The notes beneath the pieces were generated by a model. That model was not told the origin of the DNA and did no database searches. It saw only the letters and a list, made by a program, of their open reading frames with translations. From positions 3,308-67,307 of the forward strand of contig PSLO01000009.1 of the NCBI GenBank assembly GCA_040289665.1: a stretch of DNA of 64,000 nucleotides, in the 5' to 3' direction. Shown here in pieces: positions 1 through 8,603 of this stretch; position 1 is the first letter of the stretch, and each line of letters opens with the position of its first letter. The translations under genes and the position numbers were made by a program. This stretch comes from Leptolyngbya sp. ERB_1_1. Lineage in GTDB: Bacteria > Cyanobacteriota > Cyanobacteriia > Leptolyngbyales > Leptolyngbyaceae.

Positions 1-351
1 ATTCCGTTTTTAGAGAAATATCAGGCAGAGCAAACGGCACTTCAGCAGCAAATTGTAGATGCCCAGGAGCGATTAAAAGGAATTGCGATCGACTACGAAT
101 TGCGAGTAAAAATTTCACAGATGTGTTCTGAACTTGATGTAGACGGATTACGCGGTGACATCGTGACGAATCGGGCGGCAAAAGCGTTAGCGGCATTGGA
201 AGGACGGACTGAGGTAACAGTCGATGAAATTCGTCGGATTGCGCCTCTGTGTCTACGTCACCGTTTGCGGAAAGATCCGATGGAATCGATCGATTCGGGC
301 TACAAGGTTGAGAAGGTCTTCGCTCAAGTGTTTGGCGTTGAAGCTCAGTAA
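1..351 (+). CDS. chlI: Magnesium chelatase subunit I, 3' part (gene starts before the window)
   Basis: Frame is open from base 1. The C-terminus ELDVDGLRGDIVTNRAAKALAALEGR...LRHRLRKDPMESIDSG is the typical ChlI end. Confidence 0.95.
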   Translation: MPFLEKYQAEQTALQQQIVDAQERLKGIAIDYELRVKISQMCSELDVDGLRGDIVTNRAAKALAALEGRTEVTVDEIRRIAPLCLRHRLRKDPMESIDSGYKVEKVFAQVFGVEAQ

Positions 352-356
352 GCAAG

Positions 357-388
357 ATACCGGGTATTTCAAACACCCGGTATTTTAT
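357..388. terminator. Likely bidirectional intrinsic terminator between chlI and the HCP gene
   Basis: 9-bp inverted repeat ATACCGGGT (357-365) / ACCCGGTAT (375-383) followed by TTTATT, between convergent genes. Confidence 0.7.
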
Positions 389-397
389 TAGTTCAGA

Positions 398-964
398 TTA
401 CAAACTCGCCGTTTTTCCGGTCTGTGCTTGGGATTCGATCGGTTTGACATCCGTATGTCCCATCTCGCTTGCCAACTCACGCAACAACGAAATTTGTTGC
501 TCAAATTCAAACGCTTCAAACCGCTTCAGCAAATTGCCGATGGCATCAGATTGCTCATAGTCCGCAGGCATCCCCACAACGGTGTCACCCATGTCAACTG
601 CCCACAGATACCAAACTAACAGCTGATTGTTTTCTTTCAAAGCACCATAATCACGAGAATATTCAGTATCTGCTCGATTGACAATATCGCGCATCACTTG
701 AAGCTGATCTTGATGCGATAAATTATAAAAATTACCCAACAACATCGGTGCTAATTCAGGTTCTGCTGCTTGGGGCGCTGCAGGTGTGATTGAGTCGCCC
801 ATCTTCTTATAAACGTAGTACAGCAGTGCCAACTTATCATCGGCTTGCAATTTGTTGAAATCTTCGATCGTACCCTGAAGCCCTTCTCCTAAATAATCGG
901 AAGGATCGACGTTCTGACTTGCAGACTGGGGCATTGAACTTTCTCCATTGATAACGTCACTCAA
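398..964 (-). CDS. Helical carotenoid protein (stand-alone orange carotenoid protein N-terminal domain)
   Basis: DDKLALLYYVYKKMGDSITPAAP, QLQVMRDIVNRADTEYSRDYGALKENNQLLVWY and EQQISLLR match the OCP N-terminal domain. No NTF2-like C-terminal domain. Confidence 0.88.
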   Translation of the reverse strand: MSDVINGESSMPQSASQNVDPSDYLGEGLQGTIEDFNKLQADDKLALLYYVYKKMGDSITPAAPQAAEPELAPMLLGNFYNLSHQDQLQVMRDIVNRADTEYSRDYGALKENNQLLVWYLWAVDMGDTVVGMPADYEQSDAIGNLLKRFEAFEFEQQISLLRELASEMGHTDVKPIESQAQTGKTASL

Positions 965-1120
965 GACGTATCAAGCTTTACAGTATAAAGTCGCCCTCCT
1001 GAAGACCGACTTGTAATCTAACCTCTGGGAGACTCGCCTAATCTACCTTCAGGGCGTTGAGGCAAACTTTAGAATTTGGTAATGTAGCAGCATTGCAAAA
1101 GCAAGATAGGAGAACTTGTT

Positions 1121-1498
1121 ATGTCTGAAACTAATAGTGAATCTCAAACTCAAGACTCTCAATTAATGTCTGAGGAAATTGCGGCAGGCGATCGTCCCGC
1201 TCCCAAAGTGGATGTCTCCGCAGACTACGAAGCCGCGCAAGAGTTCAGCACCAGCAGCGTTGATAAAACCGGAGAAGGTAAGAAAGCCGCAGAAGCAGCG
1301 ACGGCTCCTCATTTTGAAGTGCATTCGGCTGAAGAAACACAACTTCAAAGCGATCATCTCGCTTCAGAACCGACAGGCGATCCGAATCTGTACAAGGACA
1401 TGGCACACGAAGTCAGCCCCAACGCTGGCAGCGCCGGGAATGTCGATGATGATTTGATGAACAAGGCAATTGAACTTGGACAACCTGGCGAACCTTAG
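1121..1498 (+). CDS. Small acidic hypothetical protein
   Basis: 125-aa ORF rich in E/D/A/S, with GGAGAA RBS-like sequence upstream of the ATG. Confidence 0.75.
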   Translation: MSETNSESQTQDSQLMSEEIAAGDRPAPKVDVSADYEAAQEFSTSSVDKTGEGKKAAEAATAPHFEVHSAEETQLQSDHLASEPTGDPNLYKDMAHEVSPNAGSAGNVDDDLMNKAIELGQPGEP

Positions 1499-1539
1499 AA
1501 GATGTTTGAAGAGTATAGAAAGTCTTTTCACACACCCTC

Positions 1540-2940
1540 TTAGTCCAAGTGCGATCGATCTGGTCGATATTCGTGATTGGGTGCTTGGTGATGAGTGTGT
1601 AAGATACTAGCCCCGATCAACACGCCAAGGAAGATCGCGCAAATTACCCCAACAATCCAATAAATCTGGCGCTGATAGAATCCTGGTGAGTTCTGAGACT
1701 TTACCGGAACAATCAGCGCTTTAATTTGAGCAAGATTGTGTGTGCTAAATGCGATCGCAGTTTGATCGTTCAGGTCTGTTCTTAGTACTAAAGCATCCTG
1801 AAGAGTGTCATAGCCAGCAGTAATTTCTTGCTGACAAACTGCCAGTGTTCCGAGTTGATGCAAAGCCCACGCTTCGATCGCTTCATCTTGTAGCGCTCAC
1901 GCTGCCGCCAAACTCCAGCGCAAAAGCTTCGACCAACTCCCCCACAATTTCGCAATCGCAAAAACCCGTTCAATCGATCGAACAATTTCGATGACTTCTA
2001 ACGATCGGCGTTGATTCGCACTCCATTGCACTGCGACCATGATTAATTCACGCTCTTGAATCAGATCATCAGGCTGAGTCCGAACCCAATCGAGAACATA
2101 GGATAAAACTTTCTCCATCCAAGCTTCTGAAATCTGATAGTTTGTCCAAAACTTATAGCGCTCCTGTTCAACTTGAATTAGATTCAAATCAATCAATCGA
2201 TTCAACTCTGAACTAGGAACATTCGTGATCGCGCTGATTTGCTCTGCTTTTAGCGAAACTCCAACGGTTGCTAACAATCCGAGAACTGCATCTTTTTGTA
2301 CAGATACAACGCCTAAATCAACCTTTGGATCAGAAATCCCGATCGTACAATCCGCTTGAAAAAAACGCGCCTCAATTGATGCGATCGCAAAGGTTGCATT
2401 TGGCAGAAATTGCTTAAGCTGATTCAGTTCTGATGAGATCAAAGTCGGGTGATCTAACAGAATTAAAGCTTGTCGATCGCTTAATCCCGATCGAATCTCT
2501 GCTCTGCTAGGCTTTACGTCCGATGGGACGCGATAAAACTGCTCGAAAATAATCTGTAACAGGTCGTCGCTCGTATCACTTTGATCTATGTACAAAATTC
2601 CGTGTGGGTAGAATTCGCGAAATTCAGCTTGTCTCGCCAACGATCGCAATAGCGCAATTTTCCCAAAGCCCGTTCCGCAAACTTCAATCGATTGCTGTGC
2701 TTGCAAAGCTGTTGAAGCCTGAGACATTACCGCTTCATCTACTAGCTGCTCTGAAAATGACAAAGATGGAACTGAAATTGGTTCAAACGATCTTGTCTCT
2801 GCTGGAATCGCTCGGAGCACAACACCATACTCAGACCCGATCAAAAGCTCACATTCTTCAAGAATTAGTCGAGCCACAACGATATGACTCAGTGCCGTCT
2901 CAATTGTGCTGAAAAAGGCAGAACGAGACATAAACTGCAC
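1540..2940 (-). pseudogene. P-loop (NB-ARC/STAND-like) protein with TPR-like and C-terminal membrane segments, interrupted by an in-frame TGA at 1899-1897
   Basis: ORFs 1897-2940 and 1540-1863 share a frame. Read-through gives SLAAA*ALQDEAIEAWALHQLGTLA. Degenerate Walker A (GTGFGKIA) and Walker B-like ALILLD. May be a sequencing error rather than a true pseudogene. Confidence 0.65.
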
Positions 2941-3029
2941 TGACTAACTCTGCATCCAAAAACACCCTGCAAGGCGAAATTATAATAAGCCAACCGAGTG
3001 AATACTGTCTAGTTTGAGCCAGAAATGAT

Positions 3030-3539
3030 TTAGTTGAGCGATCTCGATTGAACCACTGCAAACTCGCTCGAATTCGACAGGCTTTCCTGATCCGAATTCA
3101 CGCGCTCTAAAGTTGCCAAAAATTCCGGTATATTCTCAAACTCACAGTACGCAGACGCATATCGAATACACGCTGCCTCATTCAACGGCTGCAACTCTCG
3201 TAATACAAGTTCACTGATTTCGCGACTGGAAATTTCTCGATTCGTTCGCTGCTGCAACAGCCCTTCGATCGTACTCACAACCATTTCAACTTGTGGCGGA
3301 GTGATCGGAGTCCGTTTACAAATTCGGGTCAGTGCTCGTACTAACTTTTCTCGATCGAACCCTTCGCGATTTCCGTTCTCCTTCACCACGACCAACGGCG
3401 CAAACTCAACTCGCTCATACGTCGTAAACCGATGATTACATTTGAGACATTCTCGCCGCCGCCGCACACTTTGACCACTCTCAGCAGAGCGCGACTCCAG
3501 CACTCGGTTTTCTAAATTATGGCAAACAGGACAACGCAT
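3030..3539 (-). CDS. nrdR: NrdR-family transcriptional repressor (Zn ribbon plus ATP cone)
   Basis: MRCPVC...RVLESR...SVRRRRECLKCNHRFTTYER followed by an ATP-cone region. Confidence 0.9.
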   Translation of the reverse strand: MRCPVCHNLENRVLESRSAESGQSVRRRRECLKCNHRFTTYERVEFAPLVVVKENGNREGFDREKLVRALTRICKRTPITPPQVEMVVSTIEGLLQQRTNREISSREISELVLRELQPLNEAACIRYASAYCEFENIPEFLATLERVNSDQESLSNSSEFAVVQSRSLN

Positions 3540-3709
3540 AAATTTTGTCGATGATGATCAGACACATAATACAGCTAGTGTAGCAACTCTGATTATTTTT
3601 TTCGTTTGCGCTATAGACAGGGGAAGGAGGATCTTCTTCATCTAAGCTTCATTTTCTCCTGAGCGATTGATCTCTAGCAGACGCAATCTTGATCCAAATC
3701 GCTTCAACT

Positions 3710-3725
3710 TGCGATCGAAATCACA
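3710..3725. promoter_or_regulatory. Candidate CRP (cAMP receptor protein) site in the divergent nrdR/cyaC intergenic region
   Basis: TGCGA-TCGAAA-TCACA is one mismatch from TGTGA-N6-TCACA. It overlaps a HIP1-like core, so chance is possible. Confidence 0.35.
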
Positions 3726-3883
3726 CGAATTCTAAGTATCGCCGTTAGAAATCCTGTGATTCAGGGCAACTTTACTAAAGCGAACCGCGTTACTAAGCTC
3801 CCTGAGCTAGCGATGTTCCAGCCCAAATGCGGTCGATCGACAAACCGCTGGGCACCTCCCACCATAGATTGGCAACTTGGCGC

Positions 3884-6800
3884 ATGAAATCTCGTGATAC
3901 TCAGAAGCAAAAATTGCTGGTCGTCGATGATGAACCGGATAATCTCGACCTCCTCTATAGAACTTTTTATCGAGAGTTTAGAGTGTTGCGGGCGGAAAAC
4001 GGTCCTACGGCACTCGATATTCTTGATAAAGAAGGCGATGTCGCGGTCATCATCTCCGACCAGCGAATGCCCATGATGAGTGGAACAGAATTCCTTAGCC
4101 TAACTGCCTCTAAATATCCCGATATCATCCGGATTATCTTGACAGGCTACACCGATGTTGAAGATCTGGTCGAAGCAATCAATGCGGGTAAAGTGTTCAA
4201 GTACGTCACAAAACCGTGGAGTGATATCGAACTGCGTGACGTGGTAAAAAGCGCGATCGACACCCACACCCTCTTAAGAACCCGTACCGAAGAATTACGC
4301 CGCACCCTCCAACGCGAATCGTTGCTCAATGCAATCACCAGCACGATTCGTAGCGCCCTCAGCTACAACGAAATTCTGCAAACGATCGTCGAAACGATCG
4401 GCAAAAATTTCGATGTCAGCGGTGCGATCGTGTGTCCATTTCGCGATGGCGAGATTCAGGAGCAGACATTTACCTATTGGAAGCCCGCAACACCACATCC
4501 TGATCTCGCTCCGACGATTTGGGAAACATACCAAGTCGAATCGATTCCGGATGTGCAACAGTGCGATCGCATTCAGCACTTTCACGATCGTCAAGCGGCT
4601 TACGCGGTAGCAGATATTCGCTCAACGCTAATGGTTCCACTGATCTGTCAGCAGGAACTGATTGCCATTCTCGCGCTCCACGAATCGGAGAAAAGCCGCA
4701 CTTGGCAACCTGAAGAAATCGATTTAATTCACACAGTTGCGGATCAAGCAGCACTCGCGCTTTCACAAGCACACAATTATGAGCAAGTTCGTGCGCTTGC
4801 AAAACGAGAAGCTTTGATCAATACCATCACTACTGCAATTCGATCGAGCCTTGATCCACAAGAGATTTTTGCAGCGATCACTCAGCAACTTGGACAAGGG
4901 CTACAGGTTGATGGCTGTGCGCTGTCGCTCTGGACAGAAGAAGATGCCTTTGTACAATGTGTGGGATTGCATGATTCAAGCTGGCAAGGACAGAAACCGT
5001 CCGACGCGCTCTTACCACAATCAAGTGTGCCGATCGAAGGCAATCCCGTTTTGCAACAACTGATTGCCACCCAACAGCCGATCGTGCTAAACGATCTGGT
5101 TCAGCATTCAGAATTCAATGTTTCGGAGTTCCACACACCCGCCCGCGCTTTACTCGTCGTTCCATTGATTGCAGATGGCAAGATTATTGGTAGCATTTCG
5201 CTGCGACAGAATTACCAATCACGAAACTGGCAAGCCTCAGAAATTCAACTCGCTCAATCGGTTGCCGCTCAAGCTGCGATCGCAGTACAGCAATCTCGCC
5301 TTTACCAAACGACTCGTCAACAAGCCGAGAAGCTGCTACAACTCGATCGCGCCAAAACTGAATTCTTCCAAAATATCTCACACGAATTCCGAACACCGTT
5401 AACCTTAATGGTTGGACCGCTCGAAGGCGCGGTTTCCTCTAGTCAAGGTCTTTCGTTAGAACAATCGACGATCGCCCTTCGCAACTCTCGCCGTCTGCTT
5501 CGCTTGGTCAATCAACTGCTCGATCTTCAACGCTTAGATGCCGGAAGAATGCAGCCCAAATTTCAACCTTGTAACTTAGCTGAATTTGTCAGCCAAATTG
5601 TTGAGACGTTCCGCCCTTATTGCGAGAAAAAAGGACTTAATCTCATTACTCAGTTGGAACCTTGCTCAGATATCTATCTTGACTTAGAAAAGTTTGACAA
5701 GGTGCTTTATAACCTGCTCTCGAATGCAATGAAGTTCACGCCCGCAGGTCAGATTATCATTGTCGCGCTTGAAGCGATCGACGATCGATGCTGCCTAAAA
5801 GTTCGAGATACCGGAATCGGAATTCGTGCGGATCAATTGCCACATTTATTTGAGCGATTCCGGCAAGCTGAAGGATCTGAAAATCGTAGCTTTGAAGGAA
5901 CAGGTCTCGGATTAGCGCTGGTGAAAGAACTGGTCGAACTGCACAACGGGCAAATTAACGTTGAATCGAGTTATGGGCAAGGAACGACCTTTACGATCGA
6001 TTTGAAATTTGGTGCGGCTCATTTGCCATCTGAACAGGTCGTCGATACGCATTGTGAAGTGCAGACGAACCGAGCCGCAGTCGAACTCGCGGATTTAGAA
6101 GTCGAACTGCAAGACGATCGCGATTCTGAACCTGAATCCCCGATGCCTGCGGCACATGCGAGCGTGACCGAGTTATCTATTCATCAGCATCAAGCGAAAA
6201 TTTTGGTGGTGGATGACAACCCGGATCTACGCTCATACGTTTCTGGCGTTTTGAAGCGACAAGGCTATCTGGTTTGGACGGCTCGTAACGGTGCAGAAGG
6301 CTTTGAGCAAGCAAAAACACATTATCCATCTTTGATCGTGACGGATTTGATGATGCCGATCGTGTCAGGGTTAGACATGATCCGCATGATTCGCGCTCAA
6401 GAAGATCTCAAAGGAACGCCGATCGTCTTACTGACTGCCAAAGCCGACGAAGATACTCGGCTCGAAGGGGTAGAGCGCGGTGCAGATGCCTACTTATCCA
6501 AGCCGTTTAACGATCGAGAGTTACTAGCTGAAGTCCGAAACTTACTTGCACTCAAAGAAAACGAGCAGCGTGTTTCTCGAATTAACACGTATCTCACCGA
6601 ATCTGTTCTCCGTCGATTCTTGCCACCAACGTTGGTAAAGCGTGCGGCTCAAGGCGAACTTACCCTCGATCTTCGCCCCGAACCTCGAATGATCACGGTC
6701 TTGTTTAGCGATATTGTTGGATTCACTCAACTTTCAAATACTTTACGATCGCGGCGAGTCGCTGAACTTCTCAATGAGTATCTGACGGCAATGACGCGCT

Positions 6801-7261
6801 GTGTGTTTGATAACGGCGGTACAGTTGATAAATTTATGGGCGATGCGATTCTTGCCATCTTCGGAGCGCCAGAAGAACTCACCCCAAATGAACAAGTCCG
6901 ACGCGCGATCGCAGCAGCCCGCCAGATGTATCGCACGCTTGATCAACTCAATGCCCAGTGGGAAGCGCAGGGGATCGATCGCGTCTGTTTCCGTTGTGGA
7001 ATTCATCAGGGAACTGCCGTTGTCGGAATGTTTGGGGGCGAAGAGCGAGCAGATTACACGGCAATCGGTCCGAGTGTAAACATTGCGGCTCGTCTGCAAG
7101 AAGCGGCGGCTCCGGGGGTAATTCTCATCTCCGCTGCGGTTGCAGATTATGTCGATGAAAATATTATGAAAGAAAGTCCACTGAAGCTCAAAGGTGTGGA
7201 TGAAACCGTGTTGACGTTCTCAGTGAGTCCCTATCCTGATCGGGTTTCAATGCGGCACTAA
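3884..7261 (+). CDS. cyaC: Hybrid sensor kinase / adenylate cyclase (REC-GAF-GAF-HisKA-HATPase-REC-class III cyclase); alternative start 3827
   Basis: N-terminal LLVVDDEPD receiver, two GAF domains, H-box ISHEFRTPL, GTGLGL, second receiver ILVVDDNPD, cyclase motifs TVLFSDIVGFT, VDKFMGDAILA and DYTAIGPSVNIAARL. This is the CyaC architecture. Confidence 0.92.
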   Translation: MKSRDTQKQKLLVVDDEPDNLDLLYRTFYREFRVLRAENGPTALDILDKEGDVAVIISDQRMPMMSGTEFLSLTASKYPDIIRIILTGYTDVEDLVEAINAGKVFKYVTKPWSDIELRDVVKSAIDTHTLLRTRTEELRRTLQRESLLNAITSTIRSALSYNEILQTIVETIGKNFDVSGAIVCPFRDGEIQEQTFTYWKPATPHPDLAPTIWETYQVESIPDVQQCDRIQHFHDRQAAYAVADIRSTLMVPLICQQELIAILALHESEKSRTWQPEEIDLIHTVADQAALALSQAHNYEQVRALAKREALINTITTAIRSSLDPQEIFAAITQQLGQGLQVDGCALSLWTEEDAFVQCVGLHDSSWQGQKPSDALLPQSSVPIEGNPVLQQLIATQQPIVLNDLVQHSEFNVSEFHTPARALLVVPLIADGKIIGSISLRQNYQSRNWQASEIQLAQSVAAQAAIAVQQSRLYQTTRQQAEKLLQLDRAKTEFFQNISHEFRTPLTLMVGPLEGAVSSSQGLSLEQSTIALRNSRRLLRLVNQLLDLQRLDAGRMQPKFQPCNLAEFVSQIVETFRPYCEKKGLNLITQLEPCSDIYLDLEKFDKVLYNLLSNAMKFTPAGQIIIVALEAIDDRCCLKVRDTGIGIRADQLPHLFERFRQAEGSENRSFEGTGLGLALVKELVELHNGQINVESSYGQGTTFTIDLKFGAAHLPSEQVVDTHCEVQTNRAAVELADLEVELQDDRDSEPESPMPAAHASVTELSIHQHQAKILVVDDNPDLRSYVSGVLKRQGYLVWTARNGAEGFEQAKTHYPSLIVTDLMMPIVSGLDMIRMIRAQEDLKGTPIVLLTAKADEDTRLEGVERGADAYLSKPFNDRELLAEVRNLLALKENEQRVSRINTYLTESVLRRFLPPTLVKRAAQGELTLDLRPEPRMITVLFSDIVGFTQLSNTLRSRRVAELLNEYLTAMTRCVFDNGGTVDKFMGDAILAIFGAPEELTPNEQVRRAIAAARQMYRTLDQLNAQWEAQGIDRVCFRCGIHQGTAVVGMFGGEERADYTAIGPSVNIAARLQEAAAPGVILISAAVADYVDENIMKESPLKLKGVDETVLTFSVSPYPDRVSMRH

Positions 7262-7351
7262 TCTGATGGAACTAAACGAGTGCGATCGCAGACGAGAGAG
7301 CTAGGATAGGAACGGTGTTCCTGTTGCTTTCTGGGTGGGTGAGATTTCAGC

Positions 7352-8558
7352 ATGGCGTTTTCTGCTTCAACCAATCGATCGAGACCCCAAGAGTCTCCGA
7401 TGCTCTGGCTATCCCTGGTCGCTGGATCGCTCGTGGTACATCTAGCAGCGCTTTTGATCGGTCGCTGGTATTTTTCTCAAGCCGCAAGCGCTCCAGCGGG
7501 TATGGCTCAAGCTCCCCTTGATTTTGTGGAAATCGATCCGAATGCGCCTGCCTTAAAGCGCCCGATCGCGCCGACATCCCCTCAGACCGCCCCATCGAAA
7601 ACAATTCCCCCTCAGACCGCCCCGGCTGAACCCACTCAGTCGTCGAGTTTGCTTGAGAGCTTAGCCCGTCAAGCTGAATTAGAGCGAATCCGGAGTGAAG
7701 CGCAGCGATCACAGCCTCGCAACAGTCCCGCTCCTGTCCCTGTTAATCCGGTAAATCCGCCTCGTCGATCGCAGTCCGATCAACTTCCAAAAGCGCAATC
7801 CCACTGCGCCTTTTCCACCTCGATCGACTACCCCTCCCATCCCAACTCCGGGTGGGAGCAATCCGACGCAGCCTTCTACTCCTGGCTCATCTACACCAGG
7901 AACAACAGCGCCCTCACCAGGCTCTTCTACTCCGACTCATACTCCGACTCAACCTCAGCCAGAAACGCCTAATAATCCAAATCCTGGAAATCCTGGTGAT
8001 TCTGCAACCGGAACGCCTAGCAATCCAGCACCCGAAACGCCTAGTAATCCAAATCCTGGAAATCCTGGTGATTCTGCAACCGGAACGTCTAGCAATCCAT
8101 CTACAGGCGATCCGAATTCTCCAGCGACTTCGGGAGATCCTTTATCAATTTCCACCAATGTTCGGGGTGAGATATATGGAAATCTTGCAGAAGTTGGCTT
8201 CAACCCCGGAGAGTTTGCAAAAGGGACGGTCAGCCTTAAGTCTCCTCCGCAGTTTTCCATTAAGTTTGACTATCCCAGTAAGCTCCCGGTCAGTACTCTA
8301 GATTTGCGAGTCGGACTGAAAATTACTAAAGAAGGGCAAGTGGTGTATTCCGAGGTGCTAGATGATAGCCCGTCGTTGCAGCAAGACCCCAAGCTAAAAG
8401 ATTCTAGGGTGAAGCAAGATATTCAGTCGATCGTGCAAAATCTCATCCTCAATGCAAACGCAGATGGTAGTTTGGCATTTAATGTCGATCTCGGTCTCGA
8501 TTCAAGAGGATTGGATGCTTACCGAATTATGAACCTCCGGATCAATATCAATCAGTAA
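7352..8558 (+). pseudogene. TonB-like membrane-anchored proline-rich protein split by a +1 frameshift near 7789-7793
   Basis: N-terminal TM (LWLSLVAGSLVVHLAALL), then a Pro-rich linker. After about 7790 the Pro/Thr/Gly-rich frame continues in frame 3 without a stop into ORF 8304-8558 (LRVGLKITKEGQV, resembling a TonB C-terminal domain). Confidence 0.6.
7962..8099 (+). repeat. 72-bp tandem coding repeat, about 1.9 copies (ETPNNPNPGNPGDSATGTPSNPAP)
   Basis: GAAACGCCTA(A/G)TAATCCAAATCCTGGAAATCCTGGTGATTCTGCAACCGGAACG starts at 7962 and again at 8034. Confidence 0.9.
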
Positions 8559-8600
8559 CTTGAGCAAGCTCCTACGCTTCTAAGCAGGAGCTTGCTCAAG
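8559..8600. terminator. Bidirectional terminator hairpin between convergent genes
   Basis: Perfect 15-bp inverted repeat CTTGAGCAAGCTCCT (8559-8573) / AGGAGCTTGCTCAAG (8586-8600). Confidence 0.8.
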
Positions 8601-8603
8601 CTG

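Noticed and set aside
7852-8301. ORFs 7852-8301 (+) and 7955-8260 (-) as real genes
   Set aside because: They are off-frame readings of the Pro-rich repeat region; frame 3 gives the coherent protein.
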